Shown piece by piece: positions 50,955 to 64,000 of a DNA stretch of 64,000 bases. The notes under the pieces are model-generated. The model did no database searches, had not been told where the DNA came from, and saw only the letters and a list, made by a program, of their open reading frames with translations. The DNA is from Octopus sinensis (lineage: Eukaryota), in contig NC_043000.1 of assembly GCF_006345805.1 (NCBI RefSeq), forward strand, positions 36,642,001 to 36,706,000, in the 5' to 3' direction. Position numbers and translations under genes: made by a program. Every line of letters begins with the position of its first letter. Position 1 is the stretch's first letter.

Positions 50955-51210
50955 AACAACAACAACAGCAACTGTGATAAAAGCAGTAAAGATTAACAGC
51001 AACAACAATGGCTCCTGAAACAATATAACATTTATATCTTCACAAATTCTGCAGTCGCCATCTTGGTTGTCGTCATCGTTGTCGTCGATTGCTTTCTCAT
51101 CAATCAACATCAGCAACAACATTATTGAACAATGATTACCCAAAATAGAAACCATTACTATCAACAAACAACTGTAACACCACCCAGAGCAACAACACCA
51201 ACAACAACGT
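50955..51210. repeat. Imperfect (AAC)n-rich tract
   Basis: Direct reading. Confidence 0.7.
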
Positions 51211-52249
51211 ATTCGGCTTAAAGGTGTAATTAGACTATTGTTCCTACTGTATTTTCTTCTAAAAGTGTCAGAAAGGGAAAGTCAACAAGCAATCTTGACT
51301 ACATTCGTTCTAGTAAAATTAGCCATCAATGGAAAATCTAAGATCGATAAAGTACATAGAAACTAGTTCTTTCACTAAACGATACTCTAAAAGAATATTT
51401 TTCTAAAGAGAATTCCTATATTTACCCTCCAATGTGAAATGTATGTCAGTTTATAAGAGTAGGGAATGTGTTTCTTCTCTGCTGCAACACATCATCGTTT
51501 TCAATTCCCAAACTGCCGACATATGGAATTTTGCTACCATTATTGAAGTTTTAGATGATGCAGCTGTTAGAACTGTGCAGCTGATGGAATGGTTTCTCTC
51601 TGTGTTTCGTGGTACTTTCACTATTTCAACTTTGGGTTAGTTGTTGCTTCAATAGAAATTATGTCCTTGATCCAACAGAATTTCCGTCACCATTTTCAGT
51701 GATACTGTTAGTGCCTGGCAGCATCTACGTCGTTCGAAATAGAAAATATTACATTCTGATCTATTCCTCCACCACACATAAGCAAAAGTGTACTCAGTAT
51801 ATTCCTTATTCATCTGTCATAGGATGACAAACTATATTTCGTCTTTAATCACTCAAATTTTAATCCCATCCACTAATTCCGGTCAGCCGCTGTACGCCAA
51901 GTAACTTATATAAGACATAAACTCGTCTCGTATAACCAAAGGAATTATTCATCGTTTATCTCGTGTTATGGCGTAGAACCAACATGTTTCTTAATTTATT
52001 GATGGAGGTCTATAATTACCGAACATCCATCTTCCAAGTACTATACTTCCCTGAGATGGCAAAAAGTTCTGATCCATTGAAGCCAATATTTTGCATAGAA
52101 TTTGCTATAAACGGTTTTATTTTGAAGAAAACCACAAAATTGGCTTAAAAAATAATTTGAACGACATATTCAAATTTATGAAATCGTTGAAATCGTCTTC
52201 ATGCCCCAACCAAATTCCACTAGAGACAAGAAAGGGATCACAAAACATC

Positions 52250-52784
52250 TGAGAAAGGATTCCGATAAATAGCAGACAACAACGAATAGTGATGTAGGAA
52301 TGATCGACATAGTTCTGACACAGAATGGAAATTAGAAACATGAGACAGAAACTGATGGAATAAAATAAAGAAGGCTTTTACTCAAAAGAAGAAAGACACT
52401 GATCGATTTGATTGATTAAATTACTCTGGTGAAAAGAGACAGTTGGGGGTATGTATAATCTAAGAGTAACACGAGATTAACGTTCTTCAGATGTCTGTAT
52501 ATAAAGAAAACATGTGAAGAAGAAAGGCAATCCAGTGATTCATAGCCGTGGCAAGGAAGGCTGCATGGAAGTATATAATGTACAAAACACACAAGTATGT
52601 GTGCGTGCGTTTTTATGTGTTGTAGTATAGTTTGTATAAAGTATTGTCTAATATATATATAGATGATCTGAATTTTTGAAAGCCAAAACAGTGCAAGATA
52701 CAAGAAATAAATTGCATTTTTCATCTTTTATTTCGGGGTTAGCACCCTTCAGAAAATCTTGTAAGCTGGTTTTTCTCTTCTTTG

Positions 52785-52820
<36 letters not shown>

Positions 52821-54060
52821 GTGTGTGTGTGAGTGCGTGTACGCGCTTATATACATGTGTACACAACGTAATGTAAGAGTGTAAAGCGTACCGAAATAGA
52901 TTTTACATGATGCTAACACGTGATATAAAACCCAATCTGTTGGGTTCAGTTCATCGATATGCTTATCATACGAAAAGATGATCTGAATGTCACCTCCAGG
53001 TTTGCTACGAGCAGTCATGGATAATTCAACCTTGGAAGAAACTGACAATAGATTATTAATCTGATTGAATAATCATGTTAAATAGTGTCCTGAAAGCTCG
53101 TCCTATTTTCATTGGGAGTCCATGGCTCAAATTAGTATATGTATTGGACCTGATTGACTGGTCTTAAACATCTTTGTAGGTTCTCCGCTACGTCCATGTG
53201 ATAATGTCAATTCACCAAAACCATAAACAAAGATACGTCTATTTACTATTGTATCATTTTTATGTGTTAAACATCTATATCGCAATCCCACATCATTATG
53301 AACTAGAGGCAATAGATTTCTGGCTTGAGAAATTCCCTCATAAAAATTCCAGAACTGAAAAATGTTTCATCACTGAAGCATTAAAATTCATTATCGAAAA
53401 CAACATTTGAATTCGATGATATTTACAAGCTATCTGCGACTGCGATGGGTACAAAAGTTGCTCAGATTTACGCCAATCCAATCATGGTATACATGATGTT
53501 TCATATATATGAACAATCTAAATGAAAATATAGCTTGGGTTTCCACAAATATTTACTAGAGAACTGGAAATCTTACTTTGATGACTGACTGATTCTGTAG
53601 ACGCACACATTGGAACAAACCTGATTTTGTGGACGCACACACTTGAACGAACTTATTGATTTCAAAATCCTAATCAGATTCACCATGAGATACAATAAAA
53701 CCCAACTACCATTCCTGGACATACTACTAATCATCAACACAGATATAAAAAATTGGGACATACACTACAAACACACACACATAGTGAATATGAATTGAAA
53801 CAAATCGTAGGATATATATATATTTATTTTAATTATTTGTTATATCTTTTTATAATATAGTTTTATATTACATCGTTAATAAATTTATAATATGTCAATT
53901 GTATTTCTCTATTTCCTCTGATATTTGTATATTGAAATCTCCATTTAAGTTCTGATTTTTTTCTCTACTATGTGGTGGCTTTTAACTGAAGAACCAGCGA
54001 AAATTGGATGTTTTCTATCCCCTTGAAGGAAATTATTTTTCCCTTGGATTGAACAATAAT
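52250..54060 (+). mobile_element. Penelope-like element remnant (RT), interrupted by microsatellites
   Basis: In order: IM.KTH, LKARPI, NI..IPH..LEAIDFWLEK, FITEALKFIIENN, TAMGTKVA..YAN, NWKSYFDD, IRFTM.YNKTQLPFLDILL..DIHYK. These are Penelope RT motifs, with stops and frameshifts. Confidence 0.8.
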
Positions 54061-54357
54061 AATAATAATAGTTATTATTATTATTATTATTATTATATAT
54101 TCTTGTTTATAGATATATATTGTATATAAATACGTATGCATATGATATTTAAAGTGTGCCTGTATGTATGTATGTATGTATGTATGTATGTATATATATA
54201 TATATATAAGGTTTGGAGATGATGTACAGGTATTTTATATTAGAAGAAATGACGTACTCAGAAATTCGGATGGTTTTATATTTACAGATATTTATTTGTA
54301 TCTGACATGTTTTTATATATCATATAGTAGAGCTTTCATCCATTCTAGTGGAGTCGT

Positions 54358-54406
<49 letters not shown>

Positions 54407-54408
<2 letters not shown>

Positions 54409-54602
54409 AATGTGACCTCGTGTGTACCGTTGGCGATTTTTTCCTCTGTCTTCCCTTCTCTGGATCTTTCCTTCTATGTTTCCGACGAAGAGCTCCGCTC
54501 GAAACGTTGAACCCTCCTTCTTTCTTGAGCGTCCAATAATACTATATTTGTTCCACGTCCTCGCGTTGTTGTGTTTTTTTGTGCTTTCATGTTTGGATTA
54601 AC
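54407..54602 (+). mobile_element. Hammerhead-bearing element in (TA)n, copy 2
   Basis: Colinear with 19626-19836. The core at 54478-54512 reads gttt-CCGACGA-A-GAGCTCCGCTC-GAAACGTT-gaac. Confidence 0.8.
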
Positions 54603-55009
54603 TATATATATATATATATATATATAACCTAAATTTGTTTACGAAGAATGTTTTGAATATGCAAATACAGTTCCTATTCCATTATGCCGCCCATAGACTA
54701 CGGACTACACCGTAATCATCCAAGGAATACGGCCTGTGATCTCAAGAGACATCTGACTTGTGGAAACACGCTTAGCGATGCAGTTTACAGACTGCATTTA
54801 AGGATTACTGTTACTATTACTGTATATTTATAAATATGCAGAGATGTATAAATATGTATATTTAAGCATAGGTGTGCATATATTTATGCATACGTAAGCG
54901 TGTGTGTTTGTATATATATATAAATTAACAATTGAGGATAAAATCTTTAAAAGAAATTATCAGTAGTCAGCGTGAAAAACCTCGTAAGAGAAAAAATCCG
55001 TAAATTCTA

Positions 55010-55051
<42 letters not shown>

Positions 55052-55099
55052 GTGTGTGTGTGAGAGAGAGAGAAAGAGAGATTCAGTAAAACACTTACC

Positions 55100-55990
55100 C
55101 CTGTTGTGACGCCCCCATTTCTATGACAATTAATTTTCCTCTACCATTTTGGCTGTAGGAAAACAGAATAAACTATGTCTGGAGGTGTGCATCGAAGAAG
55201 AGATAAACCACTCAGTGGAAGACCATCAACTGCGGCTGTTCACACAAATCTCCAGCGAGTGGGCGACTTGATGAGTGCTGACGGACGAATTGCAATCCGT
55301 AAACTTGCTCTGCAACTGTATCACAGTCATTATGCAATACAAAAGATGGTGGAAGATTTCAGGTATCGGAATGTGTACGAATTAGGAAATTCGATATGGA
55401 CACCCCATTTAAATGAGAAAAGAATGGAAATTCTCACCAATCTGCTTGAAACGATTGAAACTAATGGCGTTGCGTTTTTCCCGATCAGGTCGCAGATAAG
55501 GAAATAGGGATGTAATTATTTTTGATCCAGTAATAAAAAATTAGTCCATAAGCCATGGAGAAGTGATGCAACACTGACCTAAAATCCAGGAGTCAGCGAT
55601 CGTAAGAGAAAATCGTGAGGACTGTATTGGAAGATTTTTTTTTTGTTTTGAAATGCATCTGTACAGTGAACTGTGGGATGTACATTGAGACACTTGAAAA
55701 GCATAGAGAAGGCACCGGAAAGAAAATCTCGAACAAGAAACTGAAAACAATCAACATTCGCGAAGACAATGCGCGAACAAACATCTCTTTGACAACAAAT
55801 CGGGTAATCAGAAAATTGAGCTGGTCATTGGTCCTTCAACCACCAAAGAGCGCGGACCTGATACCCTCCAGCAGTCACCTGCTTTGTCTATTTAAAATAG
55901 GTCTTCGAGGACAAAGGTGAGGTGAAAGTGGCTATGAAGAATTTGGTATAATAATGTAATTCTAAATTCTTTGAAAGAGAATTCGAAATT
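55100..55990 (+). mobile_element. Degenerate mariner remnant
   Basis: DKPLSGRPSTA, DGRIAIRKLA, REDNAR and QPPKSADLIPSSSHLL.LFK.GLRGQR. Confidence 0.75.
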
Positions 55991-56028
55991 TAAATTTAAT
56001 AATGACGCCAATACATAACTTGTATTAA

Positions 56029-56331
56029 CCCACAAAGCGCTGGGATTTGCACTTAAGACAGTTTGGACTGCTGAGCAAATTTTATGAAAATGAGACTACC
56101 ATGCACACATAAAGAAAAAATAGTTAAAATATCTTCTTAGTATATATTGGTGGCAAGCTTTGCATCATCTGAAAAGTCATCAGTTGACCTATTATCTGAT
56201 GAGATTCTGGAGGTTATCGGAGCGTCTTAGTGATATTAGACCTCAACAAATGCCCATAAATTAAATGCCTCAATAGTGGCCTATCGACCAGTGCCTGACG
56301 GACACGGTCGTGGCCCGTCGCGCTTTATGTG
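56029..56331. mobile_element. piggyBac-type MITE, copy 2
   Basis: TTAA (56025-28) cccacaaagcgc ... gcgctttatgtg TTAA (56332-35). Confidence 0.88.
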
Positions 56332-57824
56332 TTAAATATATACAGAAGAAACCTTTACGAATATGCGCAGTTTGAGCAACCTGCGACATCTAATAAAGGG
56401 TTATACTCACATTTGTATTACTTTCAGGATTCCTATATACAACTAGTATATGTTTGAATATGCAAACAGGGTGGACTAACACATACATTTATATATATAT
56501 ATATATATGTAGTGTGTGTGTGTGTTGCTGAAAAATACCGAAATATTTACTAAGACGCAACAGTTTTGTATATCATGGTTTACATATAGATGAATTTGAA
56601 GAACTGACCAAAATTCTATTTCCAGGTTTTCTGTATTTTTTCTTTTAATTTTTGTATTTAGAGATTGACTCTACATTGTGAAGTTATTCATGAAACCAAT
56701 AGCGTGAAATAAAATATATAACAGCTAATTTAACTATGCGCTGTTCAAATAAAAGCAGGCGGGGAGTGGACAAATAGCAAAATCATGTACGAGAACACTT
56801 TACAAAAAGAATGTTTTACATCATACAAGCACATATTTACTCTACAGATAGTTATAACTACAGATAGATTAGATATACATAGGTATGGATAGACTAACAG
56901 GTACGTAGATTGATATATACGAGAGAGAGAGAGAGAGAGAAAAATTGATTGATTGATAGTAAAAAAAGACCATTATAGCGGAGAACCAAACTAAAATAGT
57001 TCTATAAGGCCTGCTCAGATTGGTACAAATTTACAGCCCAAAGTCAGAAATTGATAAAAACAGCAAAGAACGGTTGGAGTTAGACATGAAAGCTTATATA
57101 CACACACTTGATGTATGTGTATATATATATATATATATATGGTAAAAGAGAAAAAAAACTATATTGCGCTTTTTACACAAAAGAGGCAATAATAATAATA
57201 GTAGTAGTAGTAGTAGTAATAATAATTGGGGAAAGCAGCAGGAAAGAAAAATCTCTTCCTATTACCATCTATCCATCCATCCATTGTTCTATCAACATCG
57301 CTGTTGTAAAAACGAAAAACAGGAACATTTATATAAAAAAATAATAAACAGCATGGCCATCAAGGAAATTCTCTGTGGTGCAGACAAACCATGTTGGCCA
57401 CCATAAAAAATAAATTTGTAGAGAGGGAAGGAGGGAGACTGTTTATGTGTATGAGAGAGAAAGAGAGAGAGGCTAAGTGTAGTGTGTAGACACAATAAAA
57501 GCCATTTCAATCACTGGCATCGCCTGGGAAGCCGACCAGAGAGAACTGATAGCAAAATCAAAGCTAAATATTTTTGGTAATTCACAAAATAAATTACTTC
57601 ACAGCATTTAGCGGAACGAAACGACGGTGGTATTGACGGACTTGGAAATGGAATAGCGGAATAAAGCATAGAAATTTGTGTGGAATTGGTGTGTGTGTGT
57701 ATACGTGTGCTTTGTATGTGTTTGTGTGTTCTTTTATGCGTGTCTGGCGATGTGTGTGTGTGTGTGTGTTGCTTAATTTTGTGTTCGAGAAAATAAATTA
57801 ATAAACAAATGAAAATGCATAGAT

Positions 57825-58195
57825 TTGCCTCTTCCTTGTTTCAGTCATTAGACTGCAGCCATGCTGGAGCAACGCCTGGAATTGTTAACCGAATCAATTC
57901 CAATACTTTTCTTTTTTAAGCCTGGTACTTCTTCTATCGGTGTCTTTTACTGAACCGCTATGTTACGGTGATGTAAACATCGGTTGTAAAACGATAGTGA
58001 GGTACACACACACACACATCTATCTATCTATCTATATAATAAACGACAGACTTCTTTCAGTTTCTCTCTACCAAATACACTCAAGAAGCTACAGCAGAAG
58101 ACACTTGCCCAAGGTGCCACGGACTGAACCCATAACCATGAGACCTGGAAGAAAGCTTCATACCAACCAAAACGAAACCGTTTACGAAGCAGCAG
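57825..58195 (-). mobile_element. SINE family A
   Basis: Tail gtttcagtcattagactgcagccatgctggagc and head agaagacacttgcccaaggtgcc. Confidence 0.85.
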
Positions 58196-58786
58196 AAACA
58201 ACGATATAGAGCTATGAAGAATTGAATATCTATGACTAAATGGTAACATTTTATTGGATAATAAGTTTTGATGAATGACCAGCATATTGGCAGAGAACGT
58301 TAAGTTAACAAACCTCAGTACTTTATCGAATCAGAAAGAATAAAACTGTCAACTGGAAGTTGGAAGGATTCGAATCCAGAATGCAAAGGGACGTAACTCT
58401 ATGCATTCGGTCGTTTACTCAGGCGCTCCACATGTTATTTATTTATTTTGAAAGTGAAAATTTTGAGTTTTAATATAGGAACAAAACAATTAGTTGAGTA
58501 GATTCAGACCCCAGTTTCCATTCGGAACTTGCTTGAACTAAGAACTGACTTACCTAAAATGTTGTAGTCACATTAATTTTAAATAACACCTTCTTATCCT
58601 TAAAAGTAGGAAGTCTATGACAGAAACACAGAATGAATTTGTTTTTTCTTTTAAGACTACTGAGTGTTGATTTGGAACTAAAATTTCTCATTTTCATCCA
58701 TGACGGAATAGCAAAGGTAACGTTGACCACGGCAAGGTTTTAACTCACCACGTAAAGTACCGTAATTAAATATCTCAACACTACAG

Positions 58787-59185
58787 GTCATTTCTACTCT
58801 AGGCACAAGGCCCGAAATTTAAGGCGAGAGGGCCTGTTGATTAGATAGACCTCAGTATGCAACTGATACTTAATTTACCGACCCCGAAATGATGAAAGGT
58901 AAAGTCAACCACGACGGAATTTTAACTCAGAACGTAAAGACAGACGAAATACCTATTTCTTTACTATCCACAAGGCGCTATACACAGAGGGGACAAACAA
59001 GGACAGACAAACGGATTAAGTCGATTATGTCGACCCCAGTGCGTAACTGGTACTTATTTAATCGACCCCGAAAGGATGAAAGGCGAAGTCGACCTCGGCG
59101 GAATTTGAACTCAGAACGTAGCGGCAGACGAAATACCGCTAGGCATTTCGCCCGATGTGCTAACGTTTCAGCAAGTTCGCTGCCT
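58787..59185 (-). mobile_element. SINE B tandem dimer with a 14-bp TSD
   Basis: TCTCAACACTACAG at 58773-86 and 59186-99 brackets two units with different tails. Confidence 0.88.
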
Positions 59186-59369
59186 TCTCAACACTACAGA
59201 TCTTGTTAATCTACTGACATTTTGGGAGTCAAAATATCTATAAGGCTTAGTAAGTGATGTTAGCTGGCTTTGAACTGAATGTATATGGAGTAGGTTGCAA
59301 TCGACTGTCGAAACCAATACTTACCTGCCATACGTGTACCGACTGAATGTGTGTGTGCACGCACACTCA

Positions 59370-59503
59370 CCAATTTCACTCACAGGTCAAGTCCGAGCCA
59401 AAGTAGAATTCAGTTGCCCAAGGGGGTGCGCAAATGAATGAGCCAGAAACAACGTGGTTGTCAAGCAAATTTCTTTAAAATAGCGCTACGTCTCTGCCTA
59501 TGC
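59370..59503 (-). mobile_element. SINE family A, degenerate 5' half
   Basis: ttgcccaagg ... aacaacgtggttgtcaagc ... tgcctatg. Confidence 0.6.
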
Positions 59504-60884
59504 GAATATATATTTTGTTATTTAATAAAACGGTGCTAACTATTCAATAAATTTTCTCTTTGTATTTATGGGGTGTGTGTGCGCAGTCAGAAGACACGTG
59601 GATAATAATGCTCGTGTGTGGTCCCATTTATCGCCTAAAAAACAGCAATCATTTCCGTTTGTTTTCCTACTGCGCCATGTAAAAATGAGAGTAAAATGAA
59701 ATTTAGCAATTATTAAGGAAGAGTTTTCAAAATGACATCGGCGCGATATAGATTTCCGTCAACAGGTATGACCCAACGATATTCATTTAAATTTTAGACG
59801 TCAACTGTACCTATATTGACTTTCATGATTACTTCCTTGCTGGCCTAACGGAGGCCAACTAGTAATAAGGAATATAATGGCCAGGCGATTATATAATGAG
59901 CTGTTAACTAAGGAGCCACGAGTTCAAATCTGTCTCCAATGTTTTCTTGTGATTTAGGCACAGACATTTCACCGTTGCGTCGGAAAATCGAAACTAAGCA
60001 TGTTTTCTTTCAAATTCCAGCGTAAATTAGCGCCTGCAACCTCGACATTAATCGCTCGGCTATCTGACGTTTCAGCAATCCGAGTTAAACATCAGCGATA
60101 TTAATTGTTATTGCTAACATGCATTAACGGCAGAATTTCCAAGAATCGGGACAGAACCTCGAAATATCTGATTAGATGAGAATTAAAGGAAACCTGAATA
60201 ACCAAACAGATAGTAAGGAAAATGGAAATGCTCTTCATCTATAAGATGCGACATGGATAGCGCTGGAATTATCCCGTTTGATGGTACGATAAAAATCTAA
60301 TATTAATTATATAAACACTGAGAACTAATGTACGACGAAGGTGAGAAAGGTTTCGCGGAACGAGGCCGTGATTTGTGAAATGCAATTACTAACGACTCTG
60401 CGTCAAGAAAGCCAGGTAATGTGTTGCAGCCGATATTTTTATGTTTGTTTTTATGGCTTCGTCAAATGATAATGGGCGGCTTCTGTGATCCTCAATTGGA
60501 GTCTGTGATGCTGGCGGGATAAGTGAGTCAGTGATCCACAGGCTCGAATGCTTGCAGTAGCGGACATTACTATAGGCAAGCAGAGACACGAGGGAACTGT
60601 GAAAATGGGAGACGTATTAATTTTATGCCCCAAGGTTACAAATAAAGGAAAGGGCCTTCCAGCGAGGCATCCAAACATCTTCCGTCTACAAACTATCAGT
60701 TAATATGCTCTTGGATGACCCAAGGTTAATGTCCAGGTGCCGCACAGTAGCTTTGAACATAGAATCACAATTGCGAACAGAGATTCTTATCCAGACAACA
60801 ATGTCAATTTTATATGTAAACAATGCTTAAGTTGTTCTTTTAGATCGATATATTTCGTAATTGATTTATTGATTATTTTTCATA

Positions 60885-61175
60885 GTAGTAAAGTTGCGTG
60901 GCTTCGGGGTTAGGGTACTTGTCTCACAATCGTAAAGTCGTGAGTTCGATTTCCAGCATTGCATTGGGTCTTTGAGCAAGACTATATTTCACGTTGTTCC
61001 AGTCTACTTAGCTGGCAAAAGTAGGTTGTACCTTTATGTCAAAAGTTCAGCTTTGTCGCATTCTGTCCCACTGAATCGCCCTGAGAACTACTTTAGAAGT
61101 AGGCGTATCTCTGAAGTTCTGGACCACTTGCACGTTAATTTCACGGGCAGGAATCTTTGTCATCGTAATTGACAA
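60885..61175 (+). mobile_element. SINE family C
   Basis: gtgagttcgatttcc B box, ttgagcaagac..atttcacgttgttccagtc domain and ctgagaactac body. Confidence 0.8.
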
Positions 61176-62344
61176 AGCGCCAGTTATTGATTCATAGAAT
61201 TTCTCGTGGCCGTGAAATATCGATCTGTTAATGTTTTGATATTCGTTTAAAGTATTTATTAACATAACTAACTGTTGTGCATTATTTACGACACATCACA
61301 TCACATTTTGAGTTCAAATCACAGGCAGTTATATAAGGTGTCGGTGGTTTGTCTGCTATTTTGGAGAGGGATTTGTCGAGGCTGAGGACTGAACCCGGAT
61401 TCAGAGATGAATATTCAAAGACTACAATAAAATAACGTTAAAGACATCTAGTCTGGTGCACTCCTGATTGTCTTCGATTTCGCTGTCATTATGCAATCAA
61501 ACAATATTTGTAATCCTAATCATGAAAATTCTAAAAGCAACACATGAGGTTCTGTTTGATTTGCTGTCTGTTTAACAGTGCTAAGCAGCTCAAAGTTACG
61601 TTCAGTTATGTTTCTCCTTGTATCAATAAAGATCTCTCTCTTAATATTATCATAGTATTTTATTTCTGCAAGATTAAGAACACGTCGGTCATCAGGGTTA
61701 AAACACACGGGCATTCTGTAGAGTTAATATATATTGATTTCTTGAAGTGGCCGCAGAGCAGGAACTAAGCACGGAATCGGCAGAAGACGATGACATAGTT
61801 TTCTAGTCTTTGTTCAAGTAATTCCACTTACGTTAATCACGACCGCCTATTTTGCATTATTCATAAATCTGGGACACAAAAAATACACTCACTTTGATGA
61901 TTTCTTTCTTGAGAAGTGTTCTAATTTATCTAGCTATTCATTTCGTTATTGAATGAAACTTGTATTTTAAGTTCAATCGTTTTCAGTGGATTGTGCCACT
62001 GTATGTGTGCATATGATGTACAAATATCAAACAACTTTTTTTTTATATATCTTTCTTACCCGGTTTTCCTTCGTTCTTCTCAAATTCAGTGTGTGTGTGC
62101 ATCGAGACATAATCTTTCTACAATTTCACCATTCTTATTTAGTTAGTCGCACTTTCTCTTACATCAATACACTTTTTCACTCAGGTTTTCTGATGTCTTT
62201 TTTGTTGTTTTCTTAAACCCGATTTCTCATATTCCAGTCCCTAACAAATTCTTACTAACTACAATGCTTCAAATATAATTCTCCTTTATTCTGGTAGAAT
62301 CTGGTAAATGAGTTTTAAAAAAACCTTAATAATACATATGGCTG

Positions 62345-62490
62345 TGAAGGTGCATGGCCTAATGGTTAGGGCTTACTGCTTATGATCATAATGTTGTGGA
62401 TTCAATTCGTGTGTAGGGTGCAACATTGTGTCCTAATGTAAGGCACCGCATTTCACGTTGTTCCAATCTACTTCGTTGAAAGTGGGTACC
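62345..62490 (+). mobile_element. SINE family C, 5' part
   Basis: tggcctaatggttagg A box and the atttcacgttgttccaatc domain. Confidence 0.7.
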
Positions 62491-62845
62491 GTTGAGTGCT
62501 GCGCTGCCCTCTCTCCTTTCAGCTGTTCCTCCTTGTATATGTCGCTGGGTCAAAGACAAGGAGAGTCGAGAGTTTGTCCGTGTTTTCTAGTGAGAGTAAA
62601 ACACCAAAACAAATTAACGAAAACATAGTAATAGTTATCAGGTCACGGTAAACCTTTTGCGGTCCAACACAAAAAAATTATCCTCCGCCCAAGAACCTGG
62701 TTTGCAACAATCGGCTCCACTAAAGGTATTCGGGGGCCATATAATCACGAGTTAGGAGGACCACTCACCAGGAAGGTGGTTTGGTAGATGTAACACCTTT
62801 ACTTTCTCCAAAAGTGAAATGGACTCCACTTAGCATGGCTTACAC

Positions 62846-63145
62846 CAAGCCTGGCCAACTCGAGTTACATTGCCAGCCACTTTAATCACATAAAGCTTTT
62901 TGAAGGCCGCTTGTGGCATTTTGCTTTCTCATGCTATTATTACAATAATGAATGAATAATTGTTGATCCAACATGAAATATCATTGCAAAAATAGTCTTT
63001 CTTTTACTTTTGGTCACAATATTTACTTTTTGATAAATTTCTTAAAATGTTTAAATAAACCCATTTCAAGAAGGTTTCATGCGGGGCGCAAGGTAAAAGT
63101 CCGCAGGCCGCATTCGGGCCGCGGGCCTCAGATTGGCCAGTCCTG
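62846..63145. mobile_element. 300-bp hAT-type MITE
   Basis: caagcctggccaac ... attggccagtcctg TIRs, an 8-bp TSD GCTTACAC/GCTTAGAC and GGCCGC subterminal motifs. Confidence 0.8.
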
Positions 63146-63269
63146 GCTTAGACGATTTTGCATGGTCTGGCAAACTCCTCACAAGAAAGAACAAGATAAA
63201 GAGTTTGCTTCACAGTGACATGCCGTTAAATTCAGACGTACCGCGCAGCGGAAGCGTCTTCTGTAGCCT

Positions 63270-63410
63270 AAGGCTAACCAAAGCCTTGCGAGTGGATTTG
63301 GTGCGTGGAAACTGTGTGTGTGTGTTTTTGAGCTTCGGTTTGTACCCCACCCCCGCTTGACAACTGGTGTTCGTGTGTTAATGCTAAATGCCTGAAACAA
63401 ATAAACGATA
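63270..63410 (+). mobile_element. SINE family A, internal fragment
   Basis: accaaagccttgcgagtggatttggt ... cttgacaactggtgttcgtgtg. Confidence 0.65.
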
Positions 63411-64000
63411 ACAGATAATTTTCTTTTCAAACGGACACAAAATCTTCAACATTTTAGGAGAACGAAAATGATTATATGACATTCATACCTTCTCCCTTGA
63501 AGGATACGAAGTGAAACAGCTTCAGTGGCGGATTGAAGTTAAGTCCTCGTCTTATCCAGTCATCTTTCCGCCTTTTCTATATAACTCCTCACATATATAT
63601 AAATAGCGATGTAATTTTGCGAATTGAACAAATCTCAGCACATGTAAGACAATTGTTAGAAATACCGATTTACTTGACATGTTTTATTAAACCCAAAGTG
63701 ACAGAAGATGAGGCGGAGTTCAGTAGGGTTTTAACTTGGAGATAACCAGCCATCATTACATCCATCGTTTGATATCAACGACACTCGTTGCAGTGCGTTT
63801 AAGGGGACAACAACAACAAACAGTTCTTTTCATCCTTCCTTCTCACTTTCTCATTATATGCATGGATATGTATGCATGAGTGTGTGTGCGTATGTTTGTG
63901 TGTATGTATTGTATGTGTGTGTATGTGCGTGTGTATGTACGTGTGTATGTGTAACGGAGGCGTCAAAAACATTTAAAGTTCCCCAAAGATCAGAACTTAT

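Noticed and set aside
1-64000. CRISPR array, rRNA or prokaryotic operon
   Set aside because: No regularly spaced repeat-spacer units, rRNA-like blocks or dense ORFs. The architecture is that of an animal intergenic or intronic region.

Overview
This is an AT-rich, microsatellite- and transposon-dense eukaryotic window. I infer an octopus-like cephalopod from the recurring SINE families; no database was consulted. I found no intact host protein-coding exon, true tRNA/rRNA gene or CRISPR array. Contents: (1) decayed tubulin copies, all on the + strand, at about 3.6-10.7 kb: two clear beta-tubulin pseudogenes sharing an intron position, plus weaker beta/alpha-like remnants out to about 17 kb. 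(2) Non-LTR retroelement remnants: RTE, an R4/Dong-like RLE element, a Tx1/L1 3' end, a Penelope-like RT, and an apparently ORF1-only Tx1-like element. (3) Three tRNA-SINE families. (4) Many Tc1/mariner remnants and MITEs, plus piggyBac-type and hAT-type MITEs and a 577-bp foldback element. (5) Two families of short elements carrying minimal type I hammerhead ribozyme motifs: one embedded in (TA)n with one intact core, and one joined to a tRNA-like head as a head-to-head inverted dimer. Boundaries of degenerate elements are approximate and all alignments were done by eye.
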